A stretch of DNA of 60,000 nt from Lytechinus pictus (Eukaryota), in the NCBI RefSeq assembly GCF_037042905.1, contig NC_087245.1, forward strand, positions 7,938,001 to 7,998,000. The letters are read 5' to 3'. Every line of letters begins with the position of its first letter. Position 1 is the first letter of the stretch. The notes under the pieces are model-generated. The model was not told the DNA's origin and searched no databases. It saw only the letters and a list, made by a program, of their open reading frames with translations. Below are positions 25,001-38,900 of this stretch, one piece after another. The translations under genes were made by a program, and so were the position numbers.

Positions 25001-28000
25001 TATCCGTCAGATTATCAAGTTTTCTGATCCAACTCACATTTTCGTTCAGGGCCGAAATAGAAATACAGTTTTCGGATCCGATAAATTCAAAAGTGGGGTT
25101 ATTGTCTACGTTTAGACGGTAGATAGATTGACAGTAGAGCGACAGTATCTCACTGGAGATAATTACGAATTACACTGTCTCACTGGAGAATGTGTAAATT
25201 AAACACTGGTTTTCCCTAATTGTGAAGTGTTGTCTGTTTGCATCTGCACTGGCAGTAGCAAAATGAATATATATATTTTACTAGTGATTGCACTGACAGT
25301 TTTTCATGGAGAATTCATCTTCACAGAGGAGGATGTATCCTCTTTGCTTTCATTTTGTATTCTATACAGGACATTGACTTCAAAGACACACTCACGAGAG
25401 TTTTAGAAGCTTCCCGGGCAGAGAGCACGGTCAAGAAATACAAACGTGCAGTAGAAGCATGGAATGCATGGTGTAGTAACAGTGGCATATCATGTCAAGA
25501 CTTATGTCAAGAAAACATTGCAAGGTACTTTATATTTTTGTTCAATGGAGGATCACCATATATCAAAATAGAGACAGCTTTTTATGCTTTAAAATGGTAA
25601 TTTGATTGTTCATTTAATACAAGGAACAGAAGTAACCCTTGCGAATCTAAGTTCTTGAAATCGATTTTAGAAGGGATCAAGAGGATCCGAGCAAGACCGG
25701 TGAATAGGAAAGAACCTATTACCCCTGACATGCTTTTGAGTATCGTTCATAAGTTTTTTCTCGGGATCTATGAAAGATCTTCGTAATTGTTTTATTTTAT
25801 AGTTAGAATATGCAGGATTTTTAAAGATTCGATGAACTTTCCAACATTAAGCTTAGTGACATTGAATTATTTGACTCTCATATGAAAGTTTTCCTTGAGA
25901 AAAGTAAAACTGACCAATTTCGAGAAGGAGCCTAGGTAATCGTTTCTACCACTGGAAAAGCGACATGTCCAGTAAATATGATGCGCAGATATTTAGAGAG
26001 TACACAATCTGTATCCTGAGATGAAAATGATTTTGTGTTCAGGCCTCTCACCTTTTGTAAATCTCAGAATTGTTACAAACTCAGAAAAGGAAAGATGTCC
26101 TATTCGAGATGCAGGGAGATTTTCAAAGAAGTTCTGGAAGCTATCGGGGTGAACTCGAAACAGTTTGAGCGTTGTGGCCCAGTGGATTAGTCTCTGGACT
26201 TTGAAACAGAGGGTCGTGGGTTCGAATCCCAGCCATGGCGTAATTTCCTTCGGTAAGAAATTTATCCACATTGTGCTGCACTCAACCCAGGTGAGGTGAA
26301 TGGGTACCTGGCAGGAATTTATTCCTTGAAATGCGTGTGCGCTGTAATCTTAGTAATTACCGCTGCCAAGCTACAGCTGGGGTAATAATATCCAAGTCCT
26401 TTGGAAGCGCATAGATACATTATTCATAATTGTGATATGCGCTATACAAGAACTGTATATTATCATTATTATTATTACATAGCCTGAGGGCGGGCGGTGC
26501 TACGGCAGCAGCCCAAATCGGAGTACCAGATCGCCTATTTAAAAGGCACGGCAGATGGGCATCAGATTCTTCTAAAGACAGATATATAAAATAATCTCTT
26601 AAAAATAAGATGTTTGTGTCATTGAATTTGGGTATTTGAAATTTATGCAAATCATTGTAATATGGTTTTAAAGTTGATCACAGCATATCATTCCAGTATT
26701 GATACCCCAGTAATCATTGCTAGATAACTTGATATTTGTCTAATTTCATCTATATGAATTAAAAATGAATAACTAGCAATATTGATATCCTTTATACAAC
26801 ATACCCGTTCTTTAGTCTTGACTTAGAGAGAGCAGAGAAAATGTCTTGTCCCTGCAGCTGAAGTACGGTGCCTCTCAAGGTAATATAATTCTAGTTTATT
26901 AATTATATGATATATATGTTTCTTTTGCAAAGAAAGAGGCTCAATAGGAAAATATTTATTTCCGGTTGAGCTAGCGAATTAGGAAATAATGGATGTAGAT
27001 CGGTATTCAGGGGGTGGGGGGTGAAGGACACAAAATTGTTCTGTTAGGGATTTAAGTGACTGCTCGAAGATCTAGAAGCTGTCTTTCTTCTTATAAGAAG
27101 GGGGGGGGGTGTCCTAACGATTAAAGTTTTAAGTATATGTTAGCTATATATTTACAAGACCAATAACTTTATAAGTTGTTGGTCGTTGGTTGGGTTTGGT
27201 GGTGATGGCGCTATCCCATCGATATCTGATGATTTCCGAAAGGATATGTGAGAGGGATTCCACCCTCCCCTGTACAGCTCTCGTCATTCGATTGTGCTAT
27301 TAATGTGTGAAATATAGATCCACCTAGGAATGGCGTAGTGCAGATAAAATCTTTTGACTATTTTATTCAATTAACAGTTAGTACTCGTGCTTGTCTTTTC
27401 CTTTCATAAATTATGAACGTGATTGTTGTGTCTTTCGAAAGCATTAAGCGCACCTGTCATTATTACAGGCCTACTCCATAATTATCTTCCGTTTATTAAA
27501 AACCCGAGTAAAAAAAAAGAACAGAAGAAGAAAGAAAATTATGGTATTTACATGAATATCATAAATACAATCTCAAGAAATAAATGTTTTAATTTTTTCT
27601 CCCCTGTTTACATATAATACATAGGTCTATCATGCGACATACAACTACAAAATCAGCCTAATAAATAAGCCTGAATATAAATCCGGAGGGGGGGGGTTCT
27701 TGCATTGACGAATGGATACCACGCGCGACCAAAAAAAAACACGTAAAAATTATATCTTTTTCAAGATAGGGCATGTTACGTACGTAACGTAATAAGGGTG
27801 TCAGAAACACCAAAATAATGAAAAAAGGGTATCAATTTCGCTAGGAAAGCTACGTGTTTAGGGTCAAATTTGCGAGGGTAAAAAAAAAGACTAAAATTAT
27901 TTTATTAATAAAGGATGTAATTTTTGCCCCAACAGTCAACACTATACGTGTTTAAAGTCCGAGGTGTGGGAGGTGGGGCCGTACTAAACACAATGATGTA

Positions 28001-31000
28001 GGTAAAGGAAAACCGATGACCGAAGTCCGTGACATATGTAAACTAAAATATCGCTGTACTTGTTAAGGGGTTCAATTCAGAGAATACTTGCCAAGGGTAT
28101 CGTTTTGTTTCCAAGTCATGTTAAGGGTAGGGTTTCACATGCCAATACTTGTTAAGGGGTGCATTTTAAGAATATGGAAAATACACACAACTACCAAAAA
28201 AAAAGTAACCAGCCTCATACAGGTATACACCTGTATTATCACATGCACATATATATGTCTATATATTCCATACAGTTGGTCATAGTTTCTACTGCCTTTT
28301 ATAAAGGCTAAAATGGCTGGAAATTTTTCTTCTTTAACGAATAACGTAGTTAGGTTCGGATTCGTTACTTTCAATTTGCGATAAAGTCGATTCCTTTGTC
28401 TTGCATATTAAGGACATAATAATATGAAATGCTTTATGGTTTCATGAGTTTGACAATTATCACAAAGTCCTGTATCATGTTTTAATCATATAATCATTTT
28501 AATTTGCATTTACCAAGGCGGAATTGATGCAAAATTCGTTCATCTTTCCTGCAAAAAGCTTTTATGATACATTTATATTTCACCTCTGCCGGGTTGTATG
28601 TTAAAAAGGTGCCTGCCTTTCTCCGTGTTTTCCCATGAACTCTGCCATTTATTTTTTATAGAAGTCTGACCTTTCACTCAAGTATTCTTGTTTATCTTTG
28701 TTGATGTAAAAATTTATGTTATTTTTTGAAGCCGCTTGTTTGGTTAAAGAGTTTTCTTCCTCATTGCCTGCGAGGCCACAGTGTGCTGGTACCCATTCGA
28801 AATTCACTCCTATTCAAAACCTGTTTATTATCATTATTTTTTCATATATTTCAACTATCATACTACTTTCCTGGAAATGTTTGATGGCTTCTAATGCAGA
28901 ACTTGAGTCAGATAAAATTACTACTGCTATAGGGAGATATTCCTCTACCCATTCAAAGGCCAAACAATCGCTGCCAATTCAGCTTTCATAATATTTATTT
29001 TGCATTATATGAACTTTTTTCTTACTTGTAGCTTCGGTATGTAAAAAGCTGAACCCGTTCTTCCATCTTGTAACCTATAGAAGCATCTGTATACAGATTC
29101 TGAGGACATGAGAACATTTCTTAGTAATGATTTCATTAGCATAATTTAGACTCTATCGTTGATGTTAATTTCTTGTTGATATATTCTTTGATAATCGCAG
29201 AAACATTCGGTGTTTTTTAGGCCCAAAAGGTCTTCTTCTAGCACAGTCTACCTGTTTTTCAATATCATCATTTATTTGATTTCTTATCCTTTTGACAAAC
29301 ATACCTCCTTTTTTCCCCTGTGATTATTTCGTACTGCCAACATGACGTTGATATTCTTTTGTAGGATGCGTTTCTTTTGCTGCCGTTCGGTAATAATTAT
29401 ACTTATCTTTATACTTATTTGTGACCTAATTTGACCTTTCATGACCTTAAATGACCTTTAATTACCATGAATGCGTTCTAAATGCCTTGTTATTCAGATT
29501 TGATTTTGATTTTACATTTGTACTAATTTGATATCAAACATATGTTTATTCCGCTCAATAGAAAAGTATAATTCAGAGGAATGTAAGAAAGATTGTGTGG
29601 TGTATGACGTCAGAAAAATAACAATTCCTCAAGATGCCAAGGTCGCACCCATCGGATTCTTAATTTGCACACCCTCAACTTAACTTTAAGCAAAAAATGC
29701 ACATAATGCCTAACTTATTTGTATTTAAAACATTATATTTTTCACCTTATATGTATTACTTACATTTGTAATGCAATTTGACCTTTTATAACCCTAAATG
29801 ACCTTTAACTGACATAAGCGTGATTTAAATTACCAGTGATCCATATATTTGCATTTGATTTTTCATTAGCTTTAAGTTTATAACAAACATGACATGTTTA
29901 TTTCGTAAAATATGAAAGTCATATTTCAAAGGTGTGTAAAAAAGTGGGCGTGGCCTATGACGTCAATTTAAAAAAAATGCCCAAGGGTGCCCAAGTGGCA
30001 CCCGTCGGATTAATGAAGTAGACACCCTACACTACAGCTTTCGGCAAAAAAAAAATGCATATATACCCAACTTGACGGTCATGCAATAATTTTGATTATA
30101 TCTACCCTTGCATTATTCCCATCTCAACGTGTTGCTGTACAGATAGGTGGTCATGGATCCTTGACATATTCTTTTGGATAAACAAAGCATTTATCCAACG
30201 CAAAATTCTACCATCAAATTCCAATTCATATATTTTGCTTACTATACCCTGTCTCCATTCTAAATCATATGCCTTCTGTAGGTCTAAGAAAAGAACGACT
30301 GTATATTCTCTATTAATCATTGCCTTGTTAATATTCGTTTCCAACCTTATATGATTTGATCTGTTGTACTTCTTTCTTTCCTGGATCCAGATAAGATAGG
30401 GGTGATGATATTACTTTTCTCCATATACCAATTCAATCAATTTACATAATAATGATGTAAGGGAAATTGGACGATAAGATGATGGATTGGAAGCCTTCTT
30501 TCCTTTTTTTAAGATTGGAGTTTGTATAGCTCCTGACCATTGATATGGCAATAAGATCTTATCCCATATTTCATTGAATAAATCTAGTATAATGTCAATT
30601 ATCTTACCTGGAAGGTTCCATACCATTTTTTGATTGGACATCATACCCCCTCACGAACGTATATTATGTCCCTTTCACCTGAGGACAGTGCCCTTTCTCG
30701 TATGAGGAGGACCCGTTTTAGATGTTGCCAAGTGCCCTTTCTCGTATAAGTGCTATTTTTTACCCCAAAATACCCCCCTCGAACGTATTATGTGCCCCTT
30801 TCACATGCGAAGGACCTGTTTTATGTGTTAGCAAGTAAAATTTCTTGTATATCGGTGCCAATATTTACAAAAAAATGCCCCCTCACGAACGTGTTCAGTG
30901 GCCCTTTCACCTGAGAAAGACCCGTTTTATGTGTGAGCAAGTGCCCTCTTACCTTTTAGTAAGTGCCCTCGTTTTTAATCATTACCCCTTTTACACAAGA

Positions 31001-34000
31001 AAAGTTCCCCTCACGAACGTGTTCAGTAACCCTTTCACATAAGGATCCGTTTTTATGCCGTTAGCAAGTGCCCCTTTGCCTTCTTATGGGTGCATTTTCT
31101 GAAATAAATGACCCGTTTTACCTAAGAAAAGTGCCCCTCATAAACGTGCTCTGTGTCCCTTTCACCTGTAAAGGACCCGTTTTATGTGTTAACGAGTGCC
31201 CCTTTGAAACAAGGAAACAGTATTCACATTTTCATTTTACTACTTATGAAGGAAAAACAATTGTAAGAATAACCCATACCTATCACAAAATTGGATTTTC
31301 ATTATAATGTCAAAATTTTTGCTCGCTCGCTTTGCTCGCAACTTCTTATAAATTCAACCTGATGCGACACATCTAGCCCCCTCAAAATTTTGGCCCATTA
31401 CGCCACAAAAATACATAAATACAAATAAAAAGCTTACAGTATACAACAGAACAGGTATTGACAAGTATATAGTATTAAGTAGTCATAGACAAATAGTAAA
31501 TATAATATAGGATATAATATAGGAGCGCCTTGAGCACCTAACAAGGTGGATATGTGCGCAATATAAATACCCTATATTATTATTATTATTATTAAATACA
31601 ATGATCACCGTTGTACGGCGAATTTGAGGGAAAGAGAGAAATCCAATGGTATATCGAGGTTTTTTCTTCTCCATTTATTTTTACATCATAAACTTTAATA
31701 AAGTAGGCCTATACTAACAAAAATTAGATGATATTCAAAATGTAGGTAAAACAAAGGGGGCATACCCTATGCGCTTTGTTACAGGGAGTAGGGGCGTAAC
31801 GAGCTAGCCCCCACCCCCAAAACAAAATCAGAGGGCCGGAAATAGCATATCCAGTGACAGGAAAGGGGAATTTTTTAATATGAGCATAAACACTTTTATA
31901 TATATTTATTCCTGATAAATAAGCACACCTACCGGCGAACGTCGAGTGGAATACGGCCTTGTCCTAAAATTTTGACTGGGTCTCCTTTGCTGTCTGCTCT
32001 TGTATTTATTGAACAGAACTAAGTCCTTATCCATCGCATAATTCCAATATGAATAGTCCATCTTAGTTTCTTCTTGTTCATTGTGACGTACAATGGGTTT
32101 TCCTATGTACAATAAAATAATAATTTGAATAATAATTGTTTTGAGGTGATAACATCCCAATAACAATGACAATAGTAACATGTAAAGTACATACACTCTA
32201 AAAACACCGAGTAAAATTTTACATAATATTGGGTAAAAAGGGAACATGCATTTTTGCTGGGTATTTCTTTTACCACATATTGGGCAAAATGCATGTTTTA
32301 AGGGTAAATTTCTACGCAACATTGCGTAAAATTTACATAATATTATTTACCCAACCAACATGCATGTTCCCATTTTACCCAATATCGGGTAAACTTTTTA
32401 AAAGAGTTTAATAATCTAAAATGGGTGATCTTAATATAAGATGCTTGATTTGAGAAAGGCATGAATGATTGGTTTTTAAATTTCTACACACTTAAAATGA
32501 TAGGCAACATACTGTCCACTGTGACTGTACGTTCCCCAGGGTTGGTTAAGAATGTACATATTATGGATTCTTTAACTTACGGTATTTACTTTGTGGCTTT
32601 GAATGCCAGTAAATATCATAATTCATAATCATTATATATCAATGTAATATGTGTACATTTTAATTAATCTTTATCATATACCTCTATAATTATGTTATTT
32701 TCATTTCAATTTATCATTTGATAAGTTTTCTTTCAATATGATACTAAAAAAAAATCGGCATTAGATAAAAAGCCGAATCAATCTTAATGAATCAATACTT
32801 GAAACGTGTTCCACTGTTAGTGGTGATTAGTTTAAAACCAACCTCGTGATTCATTACTGTAGTCTCTGTGAGACGTCAAATATGTTGGTGCCGAGTCGGA
32901 CAGATCCTGGCTACTCTGGTACATCCTAATCATTCTATTTCTCACAGCAATCATAACCAAGGAGATAGTCACAATGATCAAGAAAAGAGCACTTGTTGTT
33001 GTTCCGACGATTATCCCAACAAGGTTTGGCTCTGATAGGGATGTGGCAAACAGAAATCAATAATGAAAATAATGACCTAAATATCATTGATCACGGCTCT
33101 GTGAAATAGAATGTTATTTTTGTTTACTTAAACGGACAAGTCCATCCCAACCCCCGACAATATGATTTGAAGGGAAAGAGATAATCAAACAAATATATAA
33201 GGTTGACGATAATTCTTCAAAATCGAATGTGAAATAAGAAAGTTAAAGGAAGTTTAAGTTTCACTTAATTTTCGGAACAGTTATGCGATCTGCTGTTGTC
33301 CAATAATATTTTGAATGATAGTCTTTTGTAACCCATAAACAGTATATTATTACAACTATTCGTTCAGGGTCTATTTAAAACAATAATAATAAAGGGGCCC
33401 GGATAATTTTTTCAGACTACTTCCAAACTAAAACAACACAGCCTCAATGTTAAAGTATTAACTATGCCCATGTAGATCCATAGTATGACACAGACGGTCA
33501 AAATTCGACTACACTGTATTTTGGGTGAAAATGCTCCATGAGGGTGATTACATTATCTGTCCAACCAACATTGGGCATTTCTTTTGGGCATTTATATTTA
33601 TCCAGTGTGATGAAAATTCTTAAGTAATTGCTGCTGATTGTTTAACCTTATACTGGACAATTATTATGCTTCCCGCATTGGATAAAATACTACCCTATAT
33701 TAGTTGGACACATAATTACCATCGTGCTGGTTAAAATTTTACCAAATATTTTTAAAGTGTACGGGTTTATAGCTCAGCATGTTTCAAAGAAACCAACATT
33801 GGCTGTATATTAAAAAAGACACCATTTTTATTTTCCTCCTTAAAACAGGGAAACTCATTTTCTCAAGTCTTGATTTCATCGCTTTTCTTTTTTCAAATAT
33901 CTTTTTTTTTACTGCTCATTTGGATAAGGACTATAGGGTAATAGTGAAATGTTACAGAGGATATCCGATATGTCTAATGGTAGTTGGATAAGTAACACGT

Positions 34001-35725
34001 GGACCTTAACACCTGCTTACACACACAAAACGCGGTATAAAATTGCATAAGTTAAAATAGAATTGTATACAAATTGCGGAAGTTGTATTAAAAGCATAGA
34101 GTTGCTTTATAAATTTGCGTTGAATAAAAAAAAAAATCGAACGATATATTAAAAATTATTCAACATTGAATAAAACGAGTCACGTGACCAATATTTTCGC
34201 GCCAAAGAATTATGAAAGTATTCAACATTGCATAAAAATGAGTCATGATTGCGGTTTCGTGCTGTTTCGTGCCGCGCGCAAAGGCTTCTGACGTCACTTT
34301 TTGTATCGATCGTCGATTGGAAATTGGCGATCAGAAGAAAATAGCGTGCCCGGTGGAGGAACTTCTCCGAACCTGGGGACTTGATGTCTTGATTGGGCAG
34401 TTTAAAGGTGAGTAGTTTACCGTATATTTGAGCGTAGTGTTCACCGTAGTATTAAGAACAAAATACTGTAATTTTGGTGATTTTATTTTCTGAAATTTGA
34501 CGATAATATTTGCGTCATGGCTCTGGCATGGGCTGGCGTCCACGAGCGAGGCCAACGTGACGTTAAACTGCCGTACCGAGTAGCCTTCGGGGTACCGGTA
34601 CCCAGGGGAGCTCCAGCCCGATATATACTACGGTGAACACTACGCTTAAATATACGGTAAACTACTCACCTTTAAACTGCCCAATCAGGACATCAAGTCC
34701 CCAGGTTCGGGGAATAGTAACAACCTCTTTAAACAACAATATTACAAATTTAAGCAATTAGTGTGGGTTAAAATAATCAAATTAACCAATAATGGCCTAA
34801 TATTTATGCAACTCCTTTAACCAACTCCTTAAGTTAAAAGTTTAAGCAACACAATTGTATTACACCTTTATCTTATTATTGCTTAAAACATTTAAGCAAT
34901 TGCTGTATAAACTTTAGACAACTTGCAGTTGGTTAAGTTTTAACCAATTATTAGCTGAGGCACGGGATAACCAGTGGTATAATTTTTTATACTACTTGTA
35001 CAAAACAATTCTGTGTGTGTAGATAAGGTATAATTCCAGTCCTGTTTCAAAACACAAGGACCTGATGAGTTTTCAATCAATTTTTTATAATTTTTTTTAG
35101 TATTAGTGCTATCTGTCACCCGATAACTATTACAAATCCGAATCTTCCACAAAACATCCCTATTGTCATATGCAAGTGACTTTCGTGACATCGTTAACAC
35201 AATAGTGAAAGGATGTACACATGACAAATCATATTCCTCGAAAATATCAACATTCTATCAACCAATAACAGTTGAAACAGCAAAGCAAAAACTCACGTGC
35301 ATTGGGTATTTCACATCGATCCCCCGTCCAATCATCCGTGCACCTATGTACATAGTAAGATACAACTGATATTAATATGACTAACTCGCTTTGTTTATTG
35401 ACATACATAGTTTATTCTTTATCTAAAAAAACATGCTTAAAATGTCCAGTTTTTAGATCGGAATATAAAAAACAAAGTATTTGCTATATTCAACTTAATG
35501 GAAGATGCATTAAACCAATTAATATAATTAAAAAACAAATTTTATTATGCCACTTATTTCTAGAATGATCAAATAAAAAGTTTCGCTGGAAACCTACATC
35601 AAAGCTCGATGATAAAGGTATTCCTTTATATCAGGCCTACAAAGATGAATTCAAGATGAACCCTAGATCCCCGCCTTTTGCTAAATTTGATTCCTGCAAT
35701 ATAATTTGTAGCAGTAGTCGTGATG

Positions 35726-35773
<48 letters not shown>

Positions 35774-35808
35774 ACATTAGTAGTAGTAGTACTATTAGTA
35801 GTAGTAAC

Positions 35809-35839
<31 letters not shown>

Positions 35840-35922
35840 ACAGTAGTAGTAGTAGTAGTAGTAACAGTAGTAGTAGTAGTAGTAGTAACAGTAGTAGTAG
35901 TAACAGTAGTAGTAGTAGTAAC

Positions 35923-35953
<31 letters not shown>

Positions 35954-38900
35954 ATAATACTAATAGTAGTCATAGTCGTGAGATAATATTCATGTAGTTG
36001 TGGTAATAATATAGTCATAGTCGTGAGCTAAATTCATGTGGTTGTGGTAATAGTAGTTGTAGTGAGTTTTCTATGTTAATTTATAAACTTTGATTTAGAA
36101 GTGTAACAGTAATAACATCTTACCTGCATATTGGCTCCGATCCATCATTTGTTATACATATTCCATCATTTTCACAGATGATGTGTCCACAGGGAACTGA
36201 ATAAAGTTTGAGACAAATTAACTGTTCATTTAAAATTTTCAATCAATTATGCTGGGTTTGAGAAAGTATAGTGGAAACATTTTTATCCGAGGGTCTGCGC
36301 CGTTGCAATTTCGTGCGCTGTGCCCGAGTGATTGCATGGTTTTTAGTCTGACGCAAAATAGTATTAAAAAAATATTCTATTCTGACCTCACGAACTATTT
36401 TGATCTCCGATGAATTTCATTTTTCTGTTGAAACTATGATTAGTCACGTGAAGGGCTCTCGACCAATCAAAATAGCAACAAATTTTCAGTAAGGGATATA
36501 ACTCCATATATTCTAATAATTTGTTCACATTATTTTAATTAGGGGATAAGCACTCTTGTTATAATATCCCATTGTTCTCTAACATGTCTAAGCATTCCTT
36601 AACGAGTTACATCACTGACCAATGGTACATTAGTTGTGTCATATATATAAACCTGAACTTGACTCACGGGGTCAATTTCCCAGAACATAAGGCAAATTAA
36701 GATTGTGTTTGGTAACCAAGGTAACATGAATCATTTGATATACCATGCATAATTATGTAAAATTTGAATTGACTCACAAGAAATGAAGAAGCTTGAACTT
36801 GAAGAAAGGTAGAGTCCTGAACCGGGATTGACCTCATCATTTGACGTTATTGCATTTCTAAATATGTCAGTAGCCTCTTCAGCAGTTACACTCGATGATG
36901 AATCGTAAATAAGTATGAAAACGGCAATAACACTTCCAGGCCTAAATGATGTGACTCTTGAAGCGATGAAACCTGATGTGTTTCTAAATACCATATCGAG
37001 CTTGAGAATACATGAAAAGGGAAAGAAACTCGAATAACAGCAGTCAATCAGAATAATCATATCAGAGTAAATCACCAATAATATGATTGTTACATGCAGG
37101 GGCGTCGATCCATTTTTCAGATGAACAATGAACATCAATATGAACTTAGTCATCGATCTCGCTAACTTCGTTTTCTCATCATGATCAATAATCCCCACTT
37201 GCTCTTATAACACTGTCAGGTCAATACGTGTTTACATGAGTTCAGTGACTTTCCTTTAATATCCATTAATTTTCTCTTGGGATTCATACTTTGGGACTTA
37301 TCTAGACTTTACCTATACAGTGCGTATCAAAAAAAACGGGACAGATTTGAAAAGTCTATAAAATTTTAGTTTCAAATTATTATGTCTATATTTTGGTGTT
37401 AATCGGTGCTCTAAGGTCTTGTCTTTCAAATGCTATTAAAAAAAAATTAGTTTTGTTCATGCTTGAGCGAACACGGGACGTTTTTGTTGGGGGTTCAAAA
37501 AGAGGCTTGCGCCAGAATTGCAGAATATGAGTAAATGATGATCGGACTTCTTGCTAATTAGCAGACTTCCTCTTAACCTTTTCATTATCTTTGCCATAAT
37601 TTTCAAATCATGCGGTCAAAATTCATTTTCAGATCTATTTATTTGATTGAATTATTCTGTTATTTCTTTTTAATATGCTTTCTGTTATAGCTTTGAATAT
37701 TCCTTCTTCAAGCTAAAATTATTTTTTTCAACCGAATTATGGGAGAGCATGGATTTTTTATTCAAATCCTTTCATTATGTGCTACAAAGGTTATGGTGCC
37801 TTTTGAACAAAGCCACACAGATGGGCGGGCGCTCGGGGGTTGCTCCCCCCCCCCCTCAATTAAAAAAAATCATGACCACGAAAAAAAGTGGACAGGAAAT
37901 AAAAGGAAAGATAGAAAGTAAAATATGATATTATTTGCTGAATATTATGTCAAAATCTATCACAAAATTTGATATTGTAATTAAAAAAAGTGGGAATATT
38001 TGCGTGCTCACTTCGCTCGCTCACAACTTTTTAATACATTTTACCCGATCTGCCATATCTAGCTCCTTCAAAATTGACTCAATACACCATTGTCATTGAA
38101 AGACATGAATCCCTTCCTGTGTTTCCTGTCAAGCAATTAAACTTGGTCAACGAATTAATGACCCATTGAAAAATAGATTCATGTCTTTTAAAGGTACATA
38201 ACATAATTTGTTTCACATAATAAAACGATTTGAATAATCACAAGTTTTCCCAATTAATAATTCAAATCTTCTTGCTTGGGTTAACAAAAAAAATCTTCTT
38301 TTCTCAGTTACTTATGAAGGAAAATTAAAAGGTAAGAGAAGTTTAAATGAAAAAACAAAATAATTCAATTAAATAAATAACTTTGTAAATGAAATTTGAC
38401 AACATAATTCGAAAATTGTGGCACAGATAATGAAAAGGTCAAGAGGGAGTCTCCTGATTAGCAAGAAGTCTGATCATTGTATTACACATATTCTGCAATT
38501 CTGGCGCAAGCCTCTTTTTGAACCCCAAACAAAAACGTCCCGTGTTCGGTCAAGCATGAATAAAATTTATTTTTTTAAATTGCATTTCAAAGATAAGACC
38601 TTAGAGCATCTATTAACACCAAAATTATAGACATTATTATTTGAAACTAAAATTTTTTAGACTTTTCAAATCTGTCCCGTTTTTTTTGATACGCACTGTA
38701 TTTTACTTATAATATTTTGGATTATCATTTCTACGGAAGGATTCCATGCACCTTATATAGTTTTCACCGGGATTGTGCAATATCTGAACTTAATTTTCGC
38801 GGTTATCAAATCAGAGTCGTGAATCATGCGTCACTCCGAACTCTAGCCATCTAGCGATAGTTTTTCGACAGCTATACCGTATTTGTTCATCGGACTGATC

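Larger units (their letters stand above)
21732..26989 (+). mobile_element. DIRS-superfamily tyrosine-recombinase retrotransposon, near full length and inactivated
   Basis: gag, RT, RNase H, MT, YR in order; short IR TTTCCTATTG (21732) / CAATAGGAAA (26942-26951); terminal hairpin 26956-26989; boundaries inferred. Confidence 0.9.

Noticed and set aside
26167..26240. tRNA gene
   Set aside because: The tRNA-like head continues into a SINE core and (ATT)n tail, with a diverged second copy at 48122-48406
21732..26989. Prophage or bacterial contamination (integrase plus Dam methylase)
   Set aside because: The gag-RT-RNase H-MT-YR order is the DIRS retrotransposon layout, and it sits in an intron and carries a eukaryotic SINE
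35626..36018. Poly-Thr mucin exon of the host gene
   Set aside because: It is an (AGT)n microsatellite in the intron that splits the EGF domain; no credible splice sites were seen and inclusion would break the EGF
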